64,000 bases of DNA from Selaginella moellendorffii (taxonomy: Eukaryota > Plantae > Lycopodiophyta): NCBI RefSeq assembly GCF_000143415.4, contig NW_003314401.1, positions 214,148 through 278,147 of the forward strand. Reading direction: 5' to 3'. The notes beneath the pieces were generated by a model. It did no database searches and was not told where the DNA came from. It worked only from the letters and a program-made list of their open reading frames with translations. This document shows, piece by piece, positions 48,401 through 59,370 of the stretch. Positions within the stretch are counted from its first letter, which is position 1. Every line of letters starts with the position of its first letter. The position numbers and the translations under genes were made by a program.

Positions 48401-49040
48401 GCGACTCTACCCCTCGGTACAACTTCAGGGACTCCACAATGTAAGTCTAGAAACACTTGTATCACGTCCTAATGCGCTTTACCGATTTCAGTGCAAGTAT
48501 GCTGGCGACACAAGGAGGAACGCATGGAGCTTCGGCGACCAAGAAATCGCAAAAGAGTGAAGACCCGGCTACTGTAAGATACCCATCCTCTTCTGTGCGT
48601 GCGTGATGAGGTGACTTTTTGGTTTGGTTGGTTTTGTTTTGCAGAGCCACGACGGTGGCGCTTGTAACGGTGTGAGCGAGGATGGACCGACCACAGGAGA
48701 CGCGGACCAGGAAGTCAATGCAACTACAGTAGGCAACCAAGACTTGCGAGGTTTGGAAGGAGGGGAGGGCGAGGGCGCACAAACTGTTAGCCTCATCGAG
48801 GAGTTCGTGGCTGTGGAGGTGGTGACAGAAGAGGTGGAGAACGGGGGCCTGGAGGAAGTAGCACAAGGAGGAGACGACGAGGACAATGAGGAGGCAGAAG
48901 AAGAGGAGGAGGAGGAGGAGGAGGAAATGGAGATGGATGAAGAAGTGGATGATGACGAAGAAGGCATGAGTGAAGGCGATGGCGACAGTGGTGATTCTCA
49001 GCCCTTGAGAAAGAAACTATGGACGTTTATGACGACGTAG
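45499..49040 (+). CDS. NMCP1: Nuclear matrix constituent protein (NMCP1/CRWN-type lamin-like), multi-exon
   Basis: Starts MFTPHRR; LYDYQYQMGLLLLE, EKKCVAD|LEKAL, long coiled coil, SWLRTCASRIF, RYNFR, acidic tail ending KKLWTFMTT*. Confidence 0.92.
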
Positions 49041-49130
49041 TTTGGGTTGTATGTATATCCTTATAGAATGGAATTTGATTTAGTCAGTCTCCAACATCAG
49101 GTTTTGTAGGAAACCCTGGTAGAACTAGGG

Positions 49131-50878
49131 ATGGCGGAGTGCGATGGGAGTTTGACGGTGCGAATCTTGCGGTTCCTAACACTGTCTCGGCGGAGGAGCT
49201 GAACAAGGAGCATGGCGACGCACTCTTGCGCCCTCACGCGACGTGTATGTTTGTGGTATGTACGCAACTTAGCTGCCTATCTTGTGTCTCATGCCTCTCT
49301 CACCCAGCACTTCCTGCAAGCCAGCGCGACGCTCTTGAGAAACTGGCCCGGGGTATGCCCCCGTTTGATCCATCACTGCCAATATCTCGGATAACCTCTT
49401 CACATGGCTCACCACCGTCGTCCCTTGGGACGATCCTCTACTGTTGAAATCAGGAATGGATGGAAGGGCTGCTCACAGCGATTCAAAACGCCGGGGACTC
49501 GTCTTGGCCGTGCTTGAGTATGCATCTCCAACCACAGTACGTCCAAAAGTTGACTACCCACTGAGTGTCAAGGAGGCGCTACAGGTGGCCTGGGATCGCC
49601 CTTACCAGGATCCTTGCAAAGTGTTGGACTACGTTGCAGAGGTTATCAATGGCTTGTTTGACGAGTGGCACAACGATATGGGGCAGCTTGCAGCATGGAC
49701 GATGGTGCTGCAGAGCTCTGGGTGGGGAAAGTCAAGAACCATGCGAGAGCTGGCCACCAAGGGCTTCTACGTAGTGTACGTCTCCTTTCTCAAGATCGGG
49801 TCTACAGGCATCCCGGATCGAAGTGCTGTGGCGCAGCAGCTGATTAATAGCAAAATGAGCAACGATCCACACGCCGTGGCAGCATGGGTTCTCGCCATTT
49901 TAACTCAGATCAAAGAGAAATCTCCGGAGGAGTGGATGAAGGAGCAGTCGGAGCCACACTTTGGCGAACCCGTGGCTAAAAGGTACGCGACTATCTTCTC
50001 CTATCTTCTCTTTTTGCTTGCTGACTTTGTGCTGCTGGTGCTCTTTCCTCCAGCTACCTTAAACTCCGTGGGGAGGTGCTGGAGGAGGTGCGTGTGTCCA
50101 AGCCGGGTCCAGGACAGGACTGGGATGGTGTGAAGCGATCCGGAAGACGGCCAACAAGATTTTCGTACCGGATAAGAAGATCATTGTCTGCATGGACAAG
50201 GTGTCTTCATGGTTTGGACAGGTAGCCGGTTCATTCCTGACCTGCAGGAGGTTTTTTTCGTGCATTCCGCGCAACTTAAAGGTGTTCGGACTGGTAGCAG
50301 ATACTGCCGGAAAGCTCGGCCTCGTCATCCCTCCGCAAATGCAAGAGCGCAGCTCCTCTTCGACCAGGTTCTTTGAGCCGATCTCGGTGGTGGGGAGCTT
50401 GTGGTGGGACTTCGAGCAGGCAAAGAAGCTAATGTCCTTGCAGCTGAAGAAAGGATCCGACCAACCATGATTGCGTCTTCACCGCGGACACGTTCAAGCC
50501 TAGGAATGGTTGGTTGTGCTAGCCTCAAGGTAAGCGTACACGAAAGTTTGTTCTTCAAGCACTTAGACATGTACAATAATATTCTTTGCAGCCTACAGTA
50601 GCAGCAATAGCAGCTGGAAAGGATATTGCTCTAGCCAACAAGGAAAATCTCCCGCAGGTAGGATGTTGATTCCGTGTTTCTTTGCAAGAGGTAGAACATA
50701 TGGACTGCCGGCTGAGTAAACTTAGTCTTCAACGACGTGCTTGCAACAGGCATGTAACTATTTCCCCTCGAGGCCCCTCCACAACGTACGCTTGCTTGAA
50801 AACTCGCTGCGCCACCTCCAGCACCGCATTCAACCGATCTTTGTTGTCCGGTATGCGCGCGGCTGCCTCCGCCAATAT
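49131..50878 (+). pseudogene. P-loop NTPase of Crinkler/fungal QSSGxGKSR type, frameshifted, with its 3' part inverted
   Basis: VLQSSGWGKSR (Walker A), VYVSF...STGIPDRS, IIVCMDK (degenerate Walker B), VFGLVADTAGKL. The continuation ILAEAAA...GPRGEI is on the minus strand at 50878-50730. Confidence 0.65.
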
Positions 50879-51250
50879 GCCACAACTTCTACTGCCTCTG
50901 GATGACACGCTATCTGAAGAGCAAAAAAAAGCAAACACAAGAGAAAAAAAATATGAGAAAAAACAACTGAGCAAATTGAAGTACCTGTACAATTCCTTCG
51001 TCCCCAACGACAATCTCTGGATTTTCGTCAAGATCAGCAATGGCTTCTTTTAATTCGGTCTCGAATCCCAACCATGCTTGGTTTGAATCTCCTGACCTGT
51101 TGATTGGCAGTGTAAGCTCGTATAAACAGATACGACGGCTGACCAATTCGTAGTTTACCTGATCAGCAACAAGTGTAACGTTTGAGCCAGCAGCCAGGCC
51201 AACAACTTTGAATCTGTCAGGGTTTTCCGAGATGATGTCAAGTGTGTGGC
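50502..51250. pseudogene. DXR: DXR (1-deoxy-D-xylulose 5-phosphate reductoisomerase) fragment with introns, split by an inversion
   Basis: Minus strand: [29 protein letters not shown]...[11 protein letters not shown]. Plus strand: GMVGCASLK|PTVAAIAAGKDIALANKE. Confidence 0.88.
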
Positions 51251-51779
51251 ACAACACCACGTTAGCATCCTCATCGCTTGCATAGGAAACGAAGGAAAAC
51301 AGGGATTCTAACCTGTGTGCCGATGGAGCCCGTGGATCCAAGAAGTGAAATGGGCTTTGGTCCATCCCAGGATTTTTTCCTAGCTCCATCCACCATTGCT
51401 CTGGCCAAGCTGAGGGAGGATCATTTGACGAGCAGCGTATCTTAGAGGAACCAGCATTTCTTGGGTACTCCTGCGTACTGGAGGAGGTACCACATTGAGC
51501 GCCTGCAAACATGCACGAATGAGCACTGTCGCTGTCGAAAACGTGTCTCACGCACCTGTTACTGCCAATTTCCTTCCTGTGAAACACGACCTGGAGCTCG
51601 AGCTCAGCTGCTGCAAATCCCCCTAGAAAGAAATTTCCACATCCATGAGAAATCCCAGCTCCAGAAAAGCATTTGCTAAAGACAGCCTCCAAAGCCATCG
51701 GCAGCTCCCAGAAATCACTAGACGCGCGGTCAATCGCTCGGAATATCGCAGCGGCAATGCATACAAACCAAGAGCCCTA

Positions 51780-51960
51780 AACTTAGCACTACTGGCTGAC
51801 ATCCTGGGAAGAGTTGGGAAGTTAACGGAGGCTCATGAGTTGCTGAATTCGATGCCTCTCAGGCCTGGAGCTATCGGCTGGACATCCTTCGTTGGAGCTT
51901 GCATCACACACTCGGATGGCATTAGCTCCGGAGTCGAGGGAGTGGAGAATGTTTAGAGAC
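51780..51960 (+). pseudogene. PLS-PPR S2/E-domain fragment
   Basis: LADILGRVGKLTEAHELLNSMP...IGWTSFVGACITHSD. Confidence 0.75.
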
Positions 51961-53073
51961 GACTCACTCCAAAAGTCTGGGGAAGCACTTGCCTTACGTG
52001 ATGCTGGCGAACGTTTTGAAGGAAACACCAACATATGCTATAGGTAGACGGGTTTTTGCTTTATTCTTTTTGTTCTTGGCAGGGATGGATTACGGTTAGA
52101 CATTCGAGGCGCTCTCCCTGAGTTTTTAACTCAACCTTCTTTGTGTACAGTCACAACTCCTTTCACCACTGTAGGATCTACTTTTTACAATTGATGCAGG
52201 TGATCTTGAAAGTCCAGTCCGTGCCCTCCATGATCCATTCTATGTCTTTGATACTGAGAAAATAGAAAAATAAATGTTGTAAAAAAAATATCATCTATAA
52301 ATCAAATACCTCGTGATCACAAAATGATACAAAAGGCCACTCATAGAACTCAACTTGTGGAACCCAGCTTGTGATGATAGAATACCGTGGCCATGTGATT
52401 TTGGAATACTTCCAAGTCCACCAAAGATCAGCACCATTTCAAGTGGGATAATGTCTCTTAAAATTCAATGCTGAATAAATAGAAAGCAATAAAACACATA
52501 AAACATACCTCTCAAAGTAGCAGTGTAACATACATGGTATCCTGGAATCTCCTTAGCTTTGTGAGCCTTCATCATTTTCTCATCCGCCAAGCATCTACGG
52601 TGGGTAGAGCAAAAGTAGCCGTCCTTGTGGTAAATCACACCAGTCAAGGTATGGTGTATTCTAACTCCCATACCTTTGTATGGCTGGATGCCATTTGGAA
52701 AAAATTCGGCGGGAAAAGCCATTGTTTCGAGCACGTGAACATTGTTCTCCTGGGATCCGTGGTCTATATACCACTCCTTGTATCAATCGTCAAAATTGAA
52801 AGCCTGTACTGTAGTAGCTGTAAGCAGTGAGAGACGAAAAATGAACTATGCCAATCAATACCAAGCAGCTTCTCGGATAGCACAAAGTCCAAGAGCTCCT
52901 CGCGCATGAGAGTGTAAGCCATAGATCCAGATGAACCCTAGATAATTAGGTTGAGGTCTTGAGCATGGTTACCGGGTGATGATGGTGAGTGGGAGATTGT
53001 CTCTGATCCAGGGCTGGAGCTGTTTCCATCGGCTAAAGGTTCAGCGGTTAAAGTAGCAAATAGGATAGAGGAG

Positions 53074-53925
53074 ATGGATGATTCAAAAACCTGGGTCCTC
53101 GTTCACAGAGGCAATGGCACAGACGATTGCACATTAGCATGGAGCCCGTGTGATGGAGAACGTCTCATGATCCCGGAGCAGTTAATTGGAAGCCATGGCC
53201 TACGCTTGGCCCCTTCCTGCCACGAAATGGGTCCATTCTCTTTGCTGCTCAACAGATATCATGATCAGCTCTACGTTGCGTACATGGCAATCCACGGTTG
53301 CTTTCTCTACGTCTCCTCCACCGGGAGCTGGCAGCCTCTGTTAGATGTTGAAGGGAAAGAAGACGTCGAGCTTGAGTTAATGGATGCTCAAGAGGTGAGG
53401 GAGATTGGAAATACGTACATTCCATCCGTCCACTACAACCCCAAGAATCGATCATACAAGGGCTTGCCGGCGGCGCCAGATAATGTTCGTCCTAAGGGTT
53501 TCCACTGGCACGAGGGCAGCTTCTACATGATGTCTTGCATACCTTTTGAAGAGTTTCAGGTCTTCAGCTGGCAGGGTGGTGAAGAAGGGTGGCAAAAAGT
53601 TGCTACACATCCCATATACCAGGATGGGGTTGACAGATTAGGTGGTGACTTGTTTTGGTTTACGGCAGGTGGTCGCTACGCTTGCATATCTCAGGGGAAT
53701 ATAAGCTATCCGGATGTAGACTCTGGTCGCTTCATTGTGGTCTACGACTTGGAGGAGAGGCAGTGGCATTACCACACCATGCATGCTGATTCTGGATTTG
53801 GTATTCCAAATGTTGTTGTGTGCAACCGCGCTCCAGAGCTTGGTGATTTGGAGGCTACCACCTTCAATGTAGTGTGGGCTCAAGATCGTGTACTTCTGCA
53901 GCTACCGCCCATTTCTTCTGCATGA
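53074..53925 (+). CDS. Intronless 283-aa hypothetical protein, possibly an F-box-associated/kelch-like beta-propeller
   Basis: Open ORF with repeated beta-strand plus W motifs (YVSSTGSWQ, GWQKVA, IVVYDLEERQWH). No F-box seen. Confidence 0.5.
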   Translation: MDDSKTWVLVHRGNGTDDCTLAWSPCDGERLMIPEQLIGSHGLRLAPSCHEMGPFSLLLNRYHDQLYVAYMAIHGCFLYVSSTGSWQPLLDVEGKEDVELELMDAQEVREIGNTYIPSVHYNPKNRSYKGLPAAPDNVRPKGFHWHEGSFYMMSCIPFEEFQVFSWQGGEEGWQKVATHPIYQDGVDRLGGDLFWFTAGGRYACISQGNISYPDVDSGRFIVVYDLEERQWHYHTMHADSGFGIPNVVVCNRAPELGDLEATTFNVVWAQDRVLLQLPPISSA

Positions 53926-54094
53926 CTTTTGATGCAATAGCATGATAATGCTTGTTGTTTAGATTGAAATCCAACTCGTGAAAGTTGGATGAACTTCGGG
54001 CATACATGAGTTTGCCACATTTACATTTACATTTTGGATGATCAAGTTTGAGAGGCGAGTGACATGTTCAAGTTTGTCTGTCAGATCTTGTCTA

Positions 54095-54400
54095 TTGGAC
54101 GGTGCAGCACAAGACCATCAAGAGTCGAGACCGGTGTTCGTCCAGAGGGCGATCCAGTACGAGGAGATCCGGGAGAGGGAAAGGAGATCAAGAAAAACTT
54201 GCTGGAACTCCACCAGATTTTTCTCGACATGGCTGTGCTGGTGGAAGCTCATTGAGATATGATTGCATGGCGGCCAACTACGTGGACAGGGAACTCGCAG
54301 CCACTATGCCAAGCAGCACCAGAGGAGCTCCCGGAAGTGCACGCTCATTGCGATCATCCTGCTGCTGCTGGTGCTCATGGTTACGACTCGGTTGCCAGCA
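54095..54400 (+). pseudogene. SYP1-type syntaxin 3' fragment
   Basis: VQRAIQ, EIRER, EIKKNLLELHQIFLDMAVLVEA and AKQHQRSSRKCTLIAIILLLLV across frameshifts and deletions. Confidence 0.8.
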
Positions 54401-55562
54401 ACCACCATTCTTCCTCGCGTGATAACAAGAAAGATCCACTGACTTTGAGACCTCCAGCGTACATTCTTGGACCCTGTCCCTGACTACGAAGCTGGAAGAA
54501 ACGTTTTACGAATTAAGTCGATCGAGAACCGCAAGCAACAAGAGCTTTTAGTTCAAAGAACAGAGGTGTATATATATTCTCATACCAGAGAGGCCCGTGC
54601 CGCGACTTCCGCAGCGTAAATCCGGGCCCATTGGTCGGATGCGAGGATAACATCCAGGCTTGGCTCCTTGACAAAATCTCACTTGTGCGTTTCGCAAGTC
54701 TTCTCGATCAATCTGATGATGTCGAAATAACCAATCATGAGAAAAGAATCCTTGGAAACCAACTATTTTGCTTACTTCTCGTCTAGGAAGAGCTCCACTG
54801 CTTTCTCGTTGGCCGCGCTCATGACTCCTGTCATGGTTCCTCCCATTCTTCCAGCTGCATAGGATATGTCCATGGATGGATCCTTTGCTCAGTCGGGGGC
54901 TTTGAACGTTAGCGATCCAGTCCTGTTTCAAAGCTCCGGTGTGAATAAATGTTTCCAAAGGACAAGGTGATAAAATGTGAAGCTTACTTGACAAAATCAA
55001 GCCTTGGCCAGGTGATTTCTGAGCATGGAATCCTATCCGGCCAAGAGAGTGTGTAAAGAATAGGTAGTCGCATGTCAGGCCACCCCAATTGCACCAGAAT
55101 GGAGGAATCCTGTATTTGACTAGATGTGTTAGTTGTGTGTTGACGCAGCATTCAACTAATATTACCTATGGCTTGATTATGGAGGGTATAATCGATTGGG
55201 GATGGATAACAATGTCAATGTCATCATAGTCAGCTCCAAACAAATAGTGAGCTTCAATGACCTCGAGTCCCTGCCAGCAGAAGATGTTAGTTCAGCAGAC
55301 AAAATATCAGCTTATAAAAAAGTTTTTTATACCTTGTTCATCAAGGTTGCCGAATCCACTGTAATTTTCTTTCCTATACTTAAGTTTGGATGTTTCGGTT
55401 TGACGTCCTTGAGCCTTTTCACTGGCCAGTCCCTGATTTTTAAAGAGAAGTTCAGTTTGGATTGGTAAAGTATAACGATGAGAGAAATCCTATGCATTCC
55501 GCCCTCTGGAAGCCCCTGAATGCACTGAAATACGCATGGTTGAATGTTAGAAACAAGCACTG

Positions 55563-55900
55563 TTGGAGGAAAGAAAATACATCACCTGGAAAATTGCGGA
55601 ATGTTCTGAGTACACTGTCAAGCTCCGGGGCTTTGTGACCAAGCTGTGTGGGAAACCGCTGGAAGTAAAAGGGCTTGTCTGCTTCAACCGCTTCATCATC
55701 CTCAACAGAAAGCAGATCACCAAGGAAGACTTGCTCTTATGCTTTCTGGTCAGTGTGGCGATCATACCGCAACGGAACCAGGAAGCGTAGGATGCACTGC
55801 TTCCTGTGCTGATGCCAGGGCCAGATGAGATGTATGAGCTTCGTGATGACAGAATGCGAGCCGGGTTCAGATTCGAATCAGAGACACCTACTCTGTGAAC
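55563..55900 (+). pseudogene. C-terminal restriction-endonuclease-like portion of the NTPase gene at 49.1 kb
   Basis: GLVCFNRFI...VAIIPQRNQEA*DALLPVLMP. A homologous block at 58600-58800 directly follows the second NTPase copy. Confidence 0.55.
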
Positions 55901-56803
55901 ACTCAGAAGCTTGCCAAGGCTGCATTGGAGTATGCTCTCTTTCTCACTCGCTTTTAATCACCAGTGTTCATTGCAGGGGGGAAGCTCCGGTTTCAGAAGC
56001 CAGCTCCAGCCAGGCTCCGGTTCCAGGAGTCATCTCTAGCCATGGTCCAGAAGCCAGCCCCTGCCAAGTTCCACAGGTCCTCCCTGAGGCTGGCAAGGGA
56101 CTGCTCCAACACATGGACGTGGATCCGGATGAAGTTCCCCATAGTCCTGTGCATAGCTGCACGAAAATGAAACAGCAGAGTCTGCGTGCTGAAGATGATG
56201 ACGATCATGACAAACTCAAGGATTCAACATATAGAGATAAAGAAAATGACAGTGATGAGAATGAAAGTCATCAGGGGGAGCCATCTCGAAAGAAGAGGCA
56301 AGTTGTCATGGAATTGCCATCTACATGCATTTGGGAGGATGTAAGAAGTCATCAGTCAAAATTTCAGAAGACGGTAGAGTGTTGATTTTACACAAATTTG
56401 CATATTTATTTCTTGGGGTAAGTGGATATAAACATGTTTGGATAGCTCATTTTTATATTTTTGTGCATGAAAAACTTCTTAATGCTCTTATGCAATTGTG
56501 CACAGCATATTTTAAAATGGAAGATCATTTCATAAGGAGACGAGGGGACATTTTGAATTATTTTAAATTGCCCAAGTCAAAGGTAGAGCAGGTTTAGTGC
56601 AGTTCGAGAGATGTTGGATTGCCAACTTAATCACTGAAATTGTTTGCTGCAAGAGGGACAGCATGCGTAAATAAAGCTTATTTTCCGCTTTACATTCTTC
56701 TGGGCATTCTCTAACAACCTGGTATAAGAAAAGGAACAGACTGAACTAGTTCCTCTATATTTGACAGCTGTTTTTGTGGGCCATGTCAAAGCTAATTTTC
56801 TGC

Positions 56804-58010
56804 ACCCTGGATGAGAAAGTTGAGGAGGAGCTTCCTCTGGCGTTCGCGTCCGAGAAAGATGAACTCGAGGGGTTCAAGGTGATTCAGGAGGAGAATTACT
56901 TGATGTGATCAAGAATGAGAGGGAAGTTCTTCTCAAGGTTCAGCTGATTGAAAGAGGTATAAACGATTTCCGGGCATGTCAACAAGACTTAATGACTGAA
57001 TCTGACGAGCTTAGGAACTAGGAGAAGTCGGAGTCTCAATGAAAGGAAGGACAGGCTTACGAAGGAAATTGAGTAAAACGCAGTCAATGAAGTGGCTGCA
57101 TGACGAGGCGAAACGGCTAAGCAGGAAAAGCGAGAGCTCCGTGAGTGGGTGGACAGGGAAATGGAGACCTTGGCACTTGAAAGGGAAGCTGCATACTAGA
57201 GAGGTGATTTTGTCTAGGCTCGAAAGGGAGGGGAAGAGCTGATCAGTGATGTTGATCTGCGGCACATAATTGAACATGGCCAAGAAAGTGGGGGTGAAGA
57301 AGCAAGCAGAGGAGCGAGAATATACATGAGTTACAAGTTTAGATGGAGAAGCTGGAGGAGCAACAAGAAGCTTCTTGCAAGCATTGCAAGAAGCAGAGAG
57401 GCAGAGGAAGCTAAAGGAGGACCTAAAGATGTCAGAGCAGCAACCTTCACAAAAGGTTGGGGAAGCCATGTCCGCTTTGTCCAAAAACGATTTGCAGCTG
57501 GGAACCATGCATTTCTCAGGGTGGCGAGGGACAAAGTGCCAGTAGCAGATGTGGACCAAGCAGAACTGACAGTTGGGAAGAAGAGGCAACTGGAAGAGAG
57601 TGAAGGTAGTGAACCCCGAGGCGACAGCCAGTCGAAGGAAAAAGAAGAAACAGCGGGAAGCGTCACAGTCTGTGATGAATGGCGATCTGTACAACTCACA
57701 AGGTAATTAGTCTAAAACACTTGTCGTCCTAATGCGCTTTACCGATTTCAGTGCAAGTAACTGGCAACACAAGGAACTTCGAAATCGCAGAAGAGTAAAG
57801 ACCCCCTACGGTAAGATATCCATCCTCTTTTGTGCGTGAGGTTTTAGCCGCTTGTAACGGGAGAACAAGGATGGAACAAGGATGTAGCTACAGTAGGCAA
57901 CCAAGACTTGGGGCGCACATCATCTTAAGAAGAAGGCATGAGTGAAGGGGGTGATTCGCAGACGTTTATTTGAATTATTATCGCCCATCCGCAATGAGAA
58001 TTTGATTTAA
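56804..58010 (+). pseudogene. Deletion-eroded duplicate of the NMCP/CRWN 3' half (source ~47101-49085)
   Basis: Collinear matches such as TCCGAGAAAGATGAACTCGAGGGG, CAGTCAATGAAGTGGCTGCATGACGAGG and GTGGACCAAGCAGAACTGACAGTTGGGAAGAAGAGGC. Introns are retained. Confidence 0.92.
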
Positions 58011-58094
58011 TCACTATTTTAAATCTATACTCCAATAATGCCGTGTTGGGGTATGATGTCAAACTCCCACGCCATCCCCATCGTCGGGTTCTTG

Positions 58095-58830
58095 TGCACG
58101 ATGTTTAAGTGGTATGTACGCAAATTGGCTGCCTATGTGGCTCTTTGCACTTCTTGCAAGCCAGCAGGACGCTCATGAAAAACTGGCCCAGGGTAAATCG
58201 ATCTCTTCCCTTTGCTAGAGAGCTCTGGCATGCTGTCCCTTGCTGTCAAGAACCATAAGAGAGCTGACTATACGTGTCCTTTCTCAAGATCGGGTTTACA
58301 GGCAGACATCCCAGATTGAAGTGCTACACATGGCCAGCAGCTGATTGATAGGATTCTCGCCAGTCTAACTCGCATGAAATCTCCAGAGGAGTAGGATGAA
58401 GGAGCAGTCGGAGCCACATTTAATGGAGGAGACGTGGCTAGCTATCTTCTCTCCGCTGACTTTGTTCGTTCCTCCAGCTACCTGTACTCAGTGGGGAGGT
58501 GCTGAAGGCGGTGTCCGAGTCCAAACCGGTTCCCTGGAGGTGGTGCAGCGGATTTTTAAGCAAGTGTGCTGCTTCTGGCAATAGAAAGTGACAATAAGTC
58601 TTTGTGACCAAGCTGTGTTTGGTTTCGCATTCCTCAACAGAAAGCAGATGACTTGCTCTTGGGCACTGTGGCAATTATACTGCAATGGAAGGAAACTTAC
58701 GATGCACTGCTTCCCTTCCCGTGCTGATGCCAGGGCCGGATGGACAGACGAGCTTCGAGCCGTGCCGGTTCACATTCGAAACAGGGCAGTGAAGCTTGCC
58801 GGAGTCGCACGGCAACCGCACCACGTCACG
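58095..58830 (+). pseudogene. Deletion-eroded duplicate of the NTPase+nuclease gene
   Basis: Matches 49250-50100 (TCCTTTCTCAAGATCGGGT, GGATGAAGGAGCAGTCGGAGCCACA), then LEVVQRIFKQ, then the 55630-55850 block. Confidence 0.85.
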
Positions 58831-58908
58831 GACGCGGATTCCAGCCGCGTAAATGGTCTTCAAAGGGATTTAATTTAAGCTAGGGTTGATACTATTTGGC
58901 GATCGGCG

Positions 58909-59370
58909 ATGGCTTCCAGTGGCGACGAGGCCTATGCGGCTGCCTATCAACGATACGCGGAGGCGGGGTTTGTGTCCGGCGGCGGCGACGAGGAGGGGTG
59001 GCAGTCGGGTTTGTGCGATTGCTTGACGGACATCCCCACTTGTGTCTTGGGCTGTTTGTGCCCCTGTGTGGCGCTGGGAAGGAACGTGGAGATTCTCGAC
59101 GGGGGCCAGACTTCGTGCGTGGCTGCCTGTCTGCTCTGGTTCCTCCTCCAGTCGTGCCTGTGCGGATGCGCATACTCGTGCTGGTACAGGCGCAAGCTGC
59201 GATCCGTGTTCCACCTCCCAGAGTCTCCTCTCTGTGACTGCTGCGTCCACTGCCTGTGCTTCCCCTGCGCCTTCTGTCAAGAGGCCCGAGAGATCGACTT
59301 GCGCAGCAAGAGGCTTGTGGCCACCCTGCCTCCCCAGCGCCAGTACTTCACCAGGACGTGCTCCTTCTAG
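58909..59370 (+). CDS. PLAC8-family (PCR/CNR/FW2.2-like) cysteine-rich protein, intronless
   Basis: WQSGLCDCLTD, CLCPCVALGRNVE, YSCWYRRKLR and DCCVHCLCFPCAFCQEARE. Confidence 0.93.
   Translation: MASSGDEAYAAAYQRYAEAGFVSGGGDEEGWQSGLCDCLTDIPTCVLGCLCPCVALGRNVEILDGGQTSCVAACLLWFLLQSCLCGCAYSCWYRRKLRSVFHLPESPLCDCCVHCLCFPCAFCQEAREIDLRSKRLVATLPPQRQYFTRTCSF

Noticed and set aside
52150-52930. Minus-strand fragment with LTGVIYHKDGYF as a ubiquitin protease His-box
   Set aside because: Single weak motif in frameshifted sequence; cannot be assigned without a search.
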